Shown here: positions 36,201-48,289 of the stretch, piece by piece
Position numbering within the stretch: the first letter of the stretch is position 1
Layout: the number at the start of each line of letters is the position of its first letter
Origin: Zancudomyces culisetae HAW-14-8
Taxonomy: Eukaryota > Fungi > Kickxellomycota
Reading direction: 5' to 3'
DNA length: 64,000 nt
NCBI GenBank assembly: GCA_052426225.1
Contig: JBNJNM010000011.1
Span: forward strand, 434,001 to 498,000
Made by a program: the position numbers and the translations under genes
The notes under the pieces: model-generated
The model's database searches: none
Seen by the model: the letters and a program-made list of their open reading frames with translations, nothing else
Told to the model about the DNA's origin: nothing

Positions 36201-37076
36201 TTTTTTTTTCCTTTTTTTTCTTTGTGCAATTGAAAGAAACAAATTGCAGAATTATGCTTCAACTTTCAGATTTTTTACAGCCCATTCGCTTGACTACAAG
36301 GTCCGACATATTGCATGCGACATGCCTAATGAAAAAACTGAAAATAATCTAGAATCTAGGGATTAATTAGTGGAGAATAGGGGAGGAGGAGGGGGAACAA
36401 AGAGATGTTATTGTGTGTGCATGTGTGTGGTTGATAGACCGAGACACGTTATAAGGAAATTATTTGCGTGCTTTTTTTTAAAGTATAAAAAGTACATTTT
36501 GTTAGTGTTTTAAGTTGATCCAAAACGAGTATCCAATAAAAAATGAAGATTGGAAAACCAAAAGATTATTGCTGAGTTGATTAGGTTTGGGTTGCTATTT
36601 TCAATGACCTTTTTATTTGCAAAATCTATGCTTGAATAAACAAAATTATGCAGCAATAAAATATTACCAGGTGAGCAGATAGTTTATGTTGTGCGAGTTA
36701 TTGAACGTTTTGGGGGGGGAGTGGGGAGTTGAAAAAAAAAGAAAAACAAAAACAAAAGCAAACTGCAATAATTCGTTCGGAGTGTCTAAGCGCCGAGAAG
36801 GACAAGATCACACAAGAAAGTCTGCAAATAAAAATCGAGTATATAAATCATTGCAAAATGTTCTATGTATAGCCCACCTTATTCCTATAGAAAATAGTGC
36901 AACTATATATTAACTTGAAGACAAAAAAAAATTGAGAAAAAAAACGTTGAGAATATAAACGAATAGCTGAGGTTATCAAAGACTATTTGAATACAGGAAA
37001 ATATATCATTTAGACAACTCTCGCAGTATACTTTGAAAAATAGCCATCTACAAAAAAAAATAAAGGAAAAAAAAAT

Positions 37077-40000
37077 ATGGAGAGAAGGGAAAGTTATTTT
37101 TTTGTGTACCCAAAGCAACGATGGAGTGCCAAGGATGCTACGTTTGAGCACCTTACTATAGCATGTAATAATCAGAACGAGTATGAACAAGTACTCAAGT
37201 TCTACGAGCTCCTAAATTTCGTCGTGATCCGGAAAGCTGCTTATAAAGAGGGTAAAAAAGATCTGGGAGACCCCAACCGAACTATCCTTGGAGAAGTATG
37301 GCTACATCAGTTCTCACGAGTGAATAACAGCGCGCTAACACTTCGTGTGGTGCTTATTGAGGATATTGACGGGGAGAATGAGAAAAAGAAAATTGTGGAA
37401 AAGAATGTGTCACTTAGTTTCTACTTTGAAGATGTTATGAAATTGCACGAAGAACTAAAAGAACAAAAGGTTGAACATGAAATATACGTTAATGAGGAGA
37501 ATGGTAAGAAGAGGTTGACCCTGTTTGACCCTGTGGGAACACGTGTGTACGTGGTGCCTGAAGTCAACGCCTTCAACGTTCCAGTTGCGATGGAAGGAGA
37601 TTTTGAGAAGAGCTATTTTGTGGATATTCCGCGCGTGCGAGCAGACTCGCGAAGAGGTAGTGCAGCACCTTCAGGAACAAGCACGCCGGCCATACAATAC
37701 GGGACGAAACGAATTGGGATACTGACATCCGGAGGAGATGCACAAGGGATGAATGCAGCAGTGCGCTCAATTGTACGATACTCCATCCAACGCGGGCTTG
37801 AACCGTTTTTAATTTATGACGGATATAGTGGGTTGGTACAAGGAGGAAGCAAAATTGTACAAGCGAAATGGAGCGACGTGAGTGGGTTTTTAACCCATGG
37901 TGGTACACTGATTGGTACAGCAAGATGTTTGGAATTTAGAGAAAAAGAGGGACGAAGAATAGGCGCAAAGACGCTAATTAAAAACGGTATCAGCTCACTG
38001 GTTGTGATAGGAGGAGATGGATCACTAACAGGAGCAGATGTTTTGCGAGCAGAGTGGCCGGAGCACATTGACGCACTTCTGGAAAGTGGAGAGATTACGG
38101 CGCAGGAGGCACGTGAAAATAGGCATTTGATGATTGCAGGAATGGTCGGCTCGATTGACAACGATTTGGCGTCAACAGATGTAACAATTGGTGCAAACTC
38201 AGCGCTTACTCGAATCTGTGAGTCGGTTGATGCATTGCAAACCACAGCAGCCAGTCATCACCGTGCGTTTGTGGTTGAGGTTATGGGTCGCCACTGTGGG
38301 TGGCTTGCACTATCCGCTGCGATTTGCACAGGAGCGGATTACTTGTTTATTCCGGAAGACCCACCCAAGAGCGGGGAGTGGGAGGATAAATTGTGTGAAG
38401 CATTGAAAAACAGCCGTGATCGTGGAAAAAAGACATCGCTAGTTATTGTTGCCGAAGGAGCAACCGACAGCGAGCTGAACAGCATTAAGGCCGATAGAAT
38501 TAAAGAAATTCTGTCAGAACGTTTAAAATACGATACACGTGTGACCATTCTGGGCCATGTGCAGCGTGGTGGAAGTCCTACATTCATTGATCGATATCTG
38601 GGTACTGTACAGGGTGCTGAGGCAGTTGAGGCAATTATCCGTGCGACCCCACAGACACCATCACAAGTCATTGGGCTATTGGAAAATCGTATTACTACAC
38701 AGCCACTTCAACAGGCTATTGAACTAACACGTAGTGTGGCTGAGCGAATCAACACCAAGGACTTCAAGGGTGCACTTAATCTGCGATCATCGTCGTTTGC
38801 ATCACAGCTCAAGGCATACAAAGAGATTGCAACATTCCATGTAGATGGTCGCGACATTGTACCAGAGAACAAGCGGATCAACATTGCCATTATCCACGTA
38901 GGTGCACCAGCAGGTGGCATCAACTTGGCAACACGCTGTGCTGTGCGTCTGTGTATCAATCGTGGCCATACTCCACTGCTTGTGTACAACGGTTTTCCTG
39001 GTTTAATGCGTGGTGAAATAAGAGAAGCCGATTGGATGATTGTTGATTCATGGACTGTTGATGGTGGCTCACATCTCGGTATGAACCGTGATGCACCTGA
39101 CGACCAACTCGGCGCTATTGCATTCCAGCTGCAGAAACACAATGTACATGGACTCATTATTATTGGTGGTTTTGAAGGCTATTTGGCTCTTTCCACTCTG
39201 CAACGCAACCGCAAAGAATATCCTGCGTTCAGCATTCCGCTTGTTTTGATTCCTGCAACTGTTTCCAATAATGTTCCAGGAACTGATAACTCTATTGGCT
39301 CAGACACCGCCATCAACGTCATTGTCAACGCTTGCGACATTATCAAACAATCAGCCGGCTCCTCCCGCAAGCGAGTCTTTTTGCTAGAAGTTCAAGGTGG
39401 GTATTGTGGTTATCTTGCTGTTATGGGTGGACTGGCTGGTGGTGCTTCCTGTATTTACACCCCTGAGGAAGGTGTTAGCCTCCAACGTGTGCTTGATGAC
39501 ACCAAATACCTCAAATACTGCTATAAGCGTGAGCTTGGTCAGTCGCAAGGTCGTATCGTTCTTTATAACGAGCGTGCTTCATCCAATTACACGCTTCCCG
39601 TCCTCACAAACATCTACCGAGGCGAAGGTGGTGCTCTCTTCAAGACAAACTCATCAGTTCTCGGTCATCTCCAACAAGGCTCTACCCCTTCCCCTCTCGA
39701 CCGCATACATTCCAACACTATGGCTGTCTCTGCCATTGAATGGATACAACAGCGTGCCTGGGATTCTATCGCAGAGTACGAAGCCGCTGGTGATGAGCCT
39801 GCCTTGTCACAAAAGAGTACCCTCAAGCGTAAATATCTTCCCCGTATATTTACAAACTCTTCAGATTCTGCTGTTGTTGTTGGTATCCTCGATTCTGAAG
39901 TCAAATTCACCCCTGTTGCTGATCTTATTCATCAAACTGATTTTATAAAACGTAACCGCCGTGCTGGCAGAGAATGGTGGGCTTTCCTTCCTGGACTTAT

Positions 40001-40178
40001 AAATGTCATATCACGCGAGACTAATGAGCAACCCCAATCTTTCCCTAGCTCACTTGCTGATCTTCCTGGTGCCAATGACGATACCCAGTCATCTATCTCC
40101 ACCTACAAAAGTATCGCCGTTGAGCTTACTGCTGCTGACTTGGATGCCATGTCTAAAGGTTCTAAACCTACTGTCTGA
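37077..40178 (+). CDS. PFK1: ATP-dependent 6-phosphofructokinase, eukaryotic type (1033 aa)
   Basis: Fungal N-terminal extension; catalytic half TSGGDAQGMN, GGDGSLTGA, GSIDND, EVMGRHCG; regulatory half GAPAGG, TVSNNVPG, LGHLQQG. Confidence 0.97.
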   Translation: MERRESYFFVYPKQRWSAKDATFEHLTIACNNQNEYEQVLKFYELLNFVVIRKAAYKEGKKDLGDPNRTILGEVWLHQFSRVNNSALTLRVVLIEDIDGENEKKKIVEKNVSLSFYFEDVMKLHEELKEQKVEHEIYVNEENGKKRLTLFDPVGTRVYVVPEVNAFNVPVAMEGDFEKSYFVDIPRVRADSRRGSAAPSGTSTPAIQYGTKRIGILTSGGDAQGMNAAVRSIVRYSIQRGLEPFLIYDGYSGLVQGGSKIVQAKWSDVSGFLTHGGTLIGTARCLEFREKEGRRIGAKTLIKNGISSLVVIGGDGSLTGADVLRAEWPEHIDALLESGEITAQEARENRHLMIAGMVGSIDNDLASTDVTIGANSALTRICESVDALQTTAASHHRAFVVEVMGRHCGWLALSAAICTGADYLFIPEDPPKSGEWEDKLCEALKNSRDRGKKTSLVIVAEGATDSELNSIKADRIKEILSERLKYDTRVTILGHVQRGGSPTFIDRYLGTVQGAEAVEAIIRATPQTPSQVIGLLENRITTQPLQQAIELTRSVAERINTKDFKGALNLRSSSFASQLKAYKEIATFHVDGRDIVPENKRINIAIIHVGAPAGGINLATRCAVRLCINRGHTPLLVYNGFPGLMRGEIREADWMIVDSWTVDGGSHLGMNRDAPDDQLGAIAFQLQKHNVHGLIIIGGFEGYLALSTLQRNRKEYPAFSIPLVLIPATVSNNVPGTDNSIGSDTAINVIVNACDIIKQSAGSSRKRVFLLEVQGGYCGYLAVMGGLAGGASCIYTPEEGVSLQRVLDDTKYLKYCYKRELGQSQGRIVLYNERASSNYTLPVLTNIYRGEGGALFKTNSSVLGHLQQGSTPSPLDRIHSNTMAVSAIEWIQQRAWDSIAEYEAAGDEPALSQKSTLKRKYLPRIFTNSSDSAVVVGILDSEVKFTPVADLIHQTDFIKRNRRAGREWWAFLPGLINVISRETNEQPQSFPSSLADLPGANDDTQSSISTYKSIAVELTAADLDAMSKGSKPTV

Positions 40179-41005
40179 TTTCTTTTTTTTCTTTTCTTAA
40201 TTTGTATATTTTTTTTTCTTCGTTTTTAATACTGTTTACTCATCATACTGGAACATCATTACACACCAAATAAAAGGAACAGAAATAGTCTGTTTTTGTT
40301 TATTGTCGCAATGTTCCATAGTGGCGTTCATTTTCTCGTACCCTGCAACCACCACCAGTATTGCTTATTATTCTAGTCTTTAAACGTTAATTACGGCTTC
40401 AAGTATACATACATGCATATATGCACAAACAAATACACATACGTACACATGTGTACGTATGTATGTGTCTATCCATCCTTTTTCTATTATCCGGCATCTT
40501 TATTCCATAAAGCATTGTTACCTACCCATATACTTATACCCAAAAATTAACTCACATATATTCGTTTCTTGCTTGAATATCTTTTTGATGTACAGTCAAC
40601 CATGGCAAAACAAACCCTTGTGGGTAAATATTTTGAGCCACATTATTAGCAGAGTTGCTTGTTGTTTAAATTTATTTAGTTCCACCTTTTCCACCAATAT
40701 CATATTTTTTCTAAAATGTTAGTTTCGGATTGTTATTTAAGCTTTTTCTCACTTCCATACCTTCTGTTCTAACGTGAAACATTTTAAAGTAAAAGAATAC
40801 CCACCTTTAAGGAAACAAGAGCAAAAAAAAAAAAGTATAAATAGCCTACCCGCCCACGGTTTCTCTTTGTTTTTTTCATAAACCAAGAATCTACCAAGTC
40901 AACAATCAAAGCTATCTTGTTGCTATAACTGTCAAATTATTGATCAACTTTATCCAAACTAAACTTAAGAAACAGAAAAAAAAAAGGCTCTCAACCTAAT
41001 CGAAA

Positions 41006-41353
41006 ATGAAATTCCTAGCTTTATCTCCTGTTACCCTCTTCTTGTTCTTCTCCTCTTCCTCAATCAAGCCCTTTGCTGCTGCGGCAGCAGAGCAACCTGT
41101 CCCAGAAGCTGGGGCAGCAAAACCTGGGCCATCATCATCACCTGTATTGACTTTTATTGATAATGAATCGGGGGCTACCTATGAACTTAAAGAACCAATC
41201 GCTGAGCCCATACCGATTGTCGTATCGAAACCAAAAGAAGCCGAAGAGGCCGAAAAAGCTGGGAGTACTGAGGGGGCTGCGGGTACTGAAGGAGCTGTGG
41301 GTACTGAAGCAGGAAAAGAAGCTACTGCTCCTGCTGAGGCACCAGTTTCCTAG
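41006..41353 (+). CDS. Small secreted Ala/Glu/Pro-rich protein of unknown function (115 aa)
   Basis: Signal-like N-terminus MKFLALSPVTLFLFF, GTEGA repeats, AAAATG context, TATAAATA at ~40836. Confidence 0.7.
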   Translation: MKFLALSPVTLFLFFSSSSIKPFAAAAAEQPVPEAGAAKPGPSSSPVLTFIDNESGATYELKEPIAEPIPIVVSKPKEAEEAEKAGSTEGAAGTEGAVGTEAGKEATAPAEAPVS

Positions 41354-44300
41354 AATGTTTAGTTTTTTTCTTTATAGATGTGTATAGCTTACTGTTAGCC
41401 CTGATTTCTGTCCATAAATTGAATTTTCAATAGTTACCAATGGATATGAAAAATAAATCGATTACCAGGGAAGAACACACGTAACCTTATTAGTATTTCC
41501 AAGCCAATATCCCAGATTCATGTATAGTTATGGATAACAGGGTTAAACCAAACAAACTCAGGCAAAAAAAAAAAGAAAGTACAACTGTGTCCTGTGATAA
41601 ATACGAGCTGATGAATGTGTTTAATACATTTTTCCAATTATACCTTGATTATACAAATCAATCCAACATCTAGAAATGAAATTTAAAGAAAAAGGTGAGG
41701 TATTAGGTTTTTTTGATGCCTAGTATTCCTCTATACACGTCTCTGTTTAATGATTACTACATACTTTTTGGCTTTCATAAAGCACAAAATAATTTATGTT
41801 AAAGAGTCTCAATCACAGTTTGTATCTAAGCAGGCTAACTATTCAAGGTGATTCTTGACGCCTCTTTGTGTTTATAATCCACCTTTTACTATAAAACTGA
41901 CTGAAAAATGGGAATATTTCTGAAATAACACTGTTCCTTGAAATATACTAGCATCAGTAATTTCGCGCTTCTTTATTTTTAACGTATATTGTAAATCGTT
42001 GTAATTCCGCTCATTGCCAAAATAGACCTGATGAACTAATGTTACTTTGAAAATCCAAACATAAAACATAAAACGGAACCGATTTCAAATCAATGAAATG
42101 ATCTATGACCCATAGATCATGTGAATGCAATGTGCCACTATCAGCACAAGCATTTCTGCTCATTCGTGTTACATTACTTAGGGGGAAGGAGGGGAAGGGG
42201 GGGGGGGGGGGCAGTGGATAAGCTTACAATATTTTGTCACAGGTGAACGCAGAAGCACGTGAAGAGGAATTCATATGTCCTTTTCGCTAAAGTGTCACAT
42301 ATGTGCAAAGTATTGATACATGTGGCTGTTGAGCCAGTTATCAGTGTGGATACTCCAATTCAGATACACATTCCCCAACTTTTTGTCGTGTACCCAGTCA
42401 GTCATACCTGCATAAGCTTCAGTCTCTACCGCCATATGGTATTGTGAACGGAAAAAAAAAGATATAATAGTACAGATTTTAAATCACAACCAAATATAGC
42501 GGGTCCTTTCGTACTTGATTTGCATAACCCTTCATAGCCATATGATTATGTTACTACAATCATCTTACAAATTGTCGGGTGGGATATATCTGGGTGGTGT
42601 AATGTTTTCTAAAAGTAAGACCCTTCCTCTTTCGCTTTTCATCCATACATTTTTGTAGTTTTGTTTTTTTAAACTGTATTTTGCTTGAATGCGGTCACAC
42701 AATGACGTGCTTCGAAGGTAAGTTGAATCGGGTTGGTGCAACAAAAAAAAAGGGGGGGGAGGAAGTTTATTGTGGGATGCCCTGAACTTGGACAGGCATA
42801 AAGTCAGCACAGGTACAACTTGGGTATTTCGTTTAGGTTATGGTTTATGCCGTTTTTGTAGTGGTGAAAAGGAAAAACTATCATCAGGGCATGATTATTA
42901 AGGGAATATATCAAATCTTCCACTAGCATAGTAAATAAAAAAAGTGGGTGGAAGAAGGATGAAATGCAAAAAGTTGGTCTATATTATTTTCTTCGTTTTC
43001 GTTTTAGGATACATTACACCGACGTCCTCATAAAGAACACCAAAACAATGCGATTTTAGGAATTTGTGCTGAAAATCAACCATCAATGTAAATCAGTATT
43101 ATTATGATAGTCGTGCAAAGAAAAAAGCTATCATTTTGTGTAACTTTTGATCCTATTTTTCTGATAATTATATTTGGTCATTTCTTTTTGAAGTTGTTTG
43201 TTGAACGTTACAACTAGATAATGTTCTAGATTTGCTTTTAGAATTTTGTGTAAAGTTGAATTGAGCATTAGTAATATCTACTACACTTGTTACTAATTTA
43301 TTTTTAGTTTGAAGACAAGATAAACGGGTTATCAGTTTATGTATCGAAATGATTATCTTGATAACAAAGTAAGGTGGGAGAAAGAAGGAAATATAGATAT
43401 GTTGAGGAGAAAATAAATCTTGACCCATTCCTTTATCAAAAAGTTAAACACACTGGAGCTGTGGGCTTAAGCTTGTAAAAATAAAGCAAATAGTTATGCA
43501 GATAACAGTATAATGATGTAGAACTTATGGCAAAGGGTAATGAATGATAATGATGACTTTTAGGTTTACTCAGTGTCGAATGTTCTAGCAGTTGATTGTA
43601 TTTCTGTGTAACCGTTTTGAAAACTAATGGGTTTCCATCATCATCTTTCAACCTTCTTGATTACGTGAGGGCTGTTACCAGAATTATTAATTACAAGCAA
43701 TTTGTGTGGTAATAATAAGCGAAGAGTGTCATAAAACAACCCCTTTCCAATGGATTTTGAATATTGTCAAAGATTATTTCAACAAAGCATTTCGTGAGAG
43801 AAAAATGAAAATAAAAGTAAAAGTGAAAGTGAAAATGAAAACGGAAACGCAGAAACAGGAAGAAAAACAACACATTTGTAATGATTTTTAGGTAATTGGG
43901 AAAAAGGATAACTGCCTGAAAAAAGTAAGAAAAAAAAGATGGTTCATTACAAACTCCGCTGCGTCCACGTTTTAATCGCAACAAATGGATTCAAAATACT
44001 TTTCCCTGCTTTATTTGGGAAAGAATTATCTAAACGTGTACCTAAACGCAAAAGTACTAACAGGCTGTGTATGTGTTGAAAGCTACTTTAGTATCATGGG
44101 GATTTATCACGTGAATGGTTTGTACTGGCGAGTCATTGTAGCATAGGTTCAGTAAATGAGCGAATATTATAAAAGCTTTTTTAAAAAAAATACCACAATA
44201 CAAAATAAGCCAGTCCATAAGCCAGTATACACAGAGATTGCCCCCCCATCCCTTCCGTTGCTGTCCCTTCCTCAAACAGATAAAAAAAATGTATCAGGTT

Positions 44301-47300
44301 CAATGTTAGGTTCCTATCTGTCTTACGATTCTGTTAATGCTGTGAAGACTAGGTGTGCGCAATTGAGAGATCAATAATGTTTTTTTTTGAAAATTTTTTT
44401 TTTGTCGGAGTAAGAAGAATTTAAATGTACCAATATCATTTATTTTTCATAATGCAAAAAAGATAAAGTTATTAGTACTGGATGATAGCTGTTGTAAAGT
44501 TAATAAGAGACAGCTAGTCAAAAGAAAGCAATTCATTCATACAGTTAATTATAACCAACATTTCTCAACGTCAAATTTGTTTTCCAGTGACAAAAAAAAA
44601 GTGGGTTGAGGAAATAATGGCTTGATCCGATTATACCTTTTTCTTAATTTTTTACATAGTTGTCAAGAACCCGGTCTTTCAGTAAAGAAAAGTTTGTATT
44701 GGTAGGTTATGGTACAAACAAAATTTAACAACTATCTATTATTCTTTTTCTTATACGATGGAAAAGCAAAGAAGTAAAAAAAAAAAACTCAAAAAAGGTA
44801 AATAAATAACGCTTAGAATTTAATGGTTACCTGAAGATAACCCAACCAGCTGAAACTATCCATACTGACTAGAAGATTTGTAAAACTATTACAAAGCAAA
44901 AAATTTATAATAAGCACCCAGTAAACAAAAGGCTCAACGGTAATTAGCTAATGTCCCGTAAATCACTTTTTTCAAGCCAGATTCCAGCATTTAATAATAG
45001 CGGATTTTTTTGTTTTTTTTTTGTTTTGCTTTGCTTAGTCATGCTTTATGTTGTACTTTTGGATCCTTTTTGACCATTTGAAAATTATACAACAGCGAAA
45101 AAAGGAAAAAATGTAATTTGTATTCAAAAGGTATTCATGGGTGGAAGGGGGCGGGTGTGCGTGTGCTTATGTGCGTGTGCGTGTGTGTTACTTGTGTCTT
45201 GTTTCATGATATACGATTTATTGGTTGGGGGGTTTTTTTCTTCCAAAAAGTACATGTTTTGTGACATTTTGAGTATGATACTGATTATTCAAAAAACTTG
45301 CAAAATATTGTTCAACTTTTTATTTTTTTTCATAGCAGACTGAATTAAAGTAAATCGATCAATTTTCTTAATGCAGAAATGCATTAGTGCAACAAGAAAA
45401 AACACACATGTATCAAATTGAGCAAAACAATGACAAATAGAATCATTATTGTTGGCTTGTGATCATGATTGAAGTGCTATACTGGCGGGGGTTACATCAG
45501 AAGTTTCCAGTATTATTATGAAAAAAACGAATATAGATCCTGCGATTTTCAAGCCATTGCTTTTGTAATTGGGTCTCGCTGCGATTCAATCTGATATCAC
45601 TATCAGGTTCCATTTATTATTTTTTTGAATTTTTATGTATTGGGGCAGGGGGGAGGCGGGGTGGAGGAAGAAGAAAAGGAGGGAAGGAGGGAGGGGGTGT
45701 GAGTTGAAGTAGAAAATAGGACATAGTTGTAGGGTTACAGAATTGACAAGTTTTAAATGTCAATAAAACGAGGTACATGCAGAAAAGGCTGGATTTAGAA
45801 AGCAGCGACCACTTGTGTAGTGGATTTAGACCCTAAGAGTAATAACTGTTGCTTTGTTTATGTTAGAAAAGACAAACTGCATTAGAGAAGACTGAATTTG
45901 ATGAAATTACAAATTGGATCGATAATCCATAAGCTACACTATTGAAGTTTTTATATTTATTTCTAACAGTGTCCTTTGTCTTTTTTTTTTTGAAGTAGAA
46001 TGTTGAGTAGGCATTTTTGTGGTAATTAACAGAACAGTATCAGCAAGCTTAATTGCGATGATTAAATTAAAAAAATGATAAAATAAAAGCAATAGGCAGA
46101 AAATGATGCAAACAAAGATTGGAAAACTTCATTTTTCACAAAAAGTAAAGGTATGATTCAATAACATGAAATTCTCAGTAGTACACTTTTCTTTTTTCTT
46201 TTTTTTTGCTGAGAAAAAATAATGGTCGAAATTATTGAATAAAACTAATGAAGTTTCCAGTAATATACAAAAATGATAAATCAAAATAAAATTGCTTTAA
46301 AAATACTGATTTTCCACTGAAATGATGTAGTTTAGTATGTTTGTAATTACGTCAATCGACCGAATACAGTTAATTGACCACGGATGGGGGAGGGGAGGGG
46401 AGAGAATGAGTAAGTGGGACGAGAGGGATGAAAGTGAAGGTGAAGGTGGGTTTACTTTTACTTTTACTTTTACTTTTTGAATTTTTGGTGGAAGTTTCAA
46501 GGTGACTATGGGGTACACAAGGACAATCGAAAAAGCCAGCAAATTTTGAAGAAAAAAATGAAACACTTGTGCTTCTTTTACACGTTTCTTCGGAATAAGC
46601 TTACTGTTGCAACTATTTCCAAAAGACTGAAAAGAATTGGATTTTCCATTTACTTTTATCTTTCCAATGTGTTTAGGTTACAAGTGTAATAAAAAAACAT
46701 CAAAATAATTATTAAAGAAATTAAGGAGTTTTGTCACCGGTCATATTTTAAATCATTTTTTACCGGAGTTTTTGTGAGTATTCCTATAAAATAAAATGAT
46801 TTATTAACCAAATTATACAAGAAAAAAAAATAATTTGTAAAAGCAAAAGATAGATACGATGAAACAGTAAAGATTACAGGTTACTCACCAACCACCCTTC
46901 CCTATTTCTTCTCAACCTTACAAAAGTTATTATGAACTTGCCCACCCATTCCTTAATCTAATAATTTTTCAGTTTTTATTTTTTTATTTTTTTATTTAGT
47001 ACAACATTGTAATGCTGAATACTGATATTGAAAATAATTATTAGAAAATATTAGGAAATTATTGTATCGAAATTTGTCACCGGTCCAAGTCCATTTCTCT
47101 TTGGTCATTATCCCTTTTTCCTAAAAACAAATAATAACCACCGGTTTTTATTTTTGCAATAGTTTAATTGCCAACAATAAAACTATTCATTCAAAAAAAG
47201 TTTGAGCTAATTGGATTGTAAAAAGGTAAGTTAAAGATGTGGCACTTTTTTTATATATTTTTTTTCCTAGAATCATCACAAGTACTTGAAAAAATATTAT

Positions 47301-48289
47301 GAAAAAATACAACGTTAAAAAAAAAGGAAATTGAATATAAACATACAGTGATGACCATTGAGCTTATTAATGCTCTAATTTTTTCTATCAACACTTTCAC
47401 AACATTGCTTTATCAGTTTGATTTAATTAATGGCAATAATAACATACAAATTATCAAGAAAACCAGCAATTTCTATAGTAGAATATACATCAGCACTGTA
47501 TTGGACATTATTCTAGCGAATAAACACAACTTTTGTAACAAGATAACAACGTATATACACTTGTTGAAGACAAACCATCTAACGTATCAACAATATATAG
47601 TTTATTTACAACTTACACGTCAATCGAGAAATATTAAGGATTAGTAGCTTATCAAGGCAAATAAGAACAAAATACATTTATGCAAACAACGACAACGACT
47701 GCAGAAAGAACTAGCAGTTACAACAACAGTTATTAAAACAGCAATTACAACTACAAGTTAAAGTGATAACACTGACGTTTGGCAAACGTAAACGTGCAAG
47801 TAAATACAACACCAAAAAAAGACTTGGCAACGTGTTTTAGTATTCGTAGGGATAAATCGTGTATATAAATATATATGGGAAATTGGATAACGAGTGTTTG
47901 GAGTTAAAGGACAACTAGAATATATTTAACGAATTATTTTTGCTTTCTAGAGATAATTAGGGCTTCCAAGACTTTACTAAACACAATAACCTACTCAAGA
48001 TTATTTTTGTAAGGAACCAACTACAACACAACACTGCTTTTTTTTTAACGACATTAATACAAGAAAACAATAAGCAAGAAAGATAAACGCCAAAAATTGA
48101 ATAAAGGTGTAGGAATTATCAGTTTTATGGAAAATATTTTTTTTGAATATACGCACATAAGTAGTCATACGAAACAGGAAAAAAAAAGAAGTGATTTGTA
48201 GATTTTAATATTATCTAGAGTCTATATAGTTAGTCATATATATAGGTATAGATATAGATATAGATATAAAAAGATATAAAGTTCGAGAA

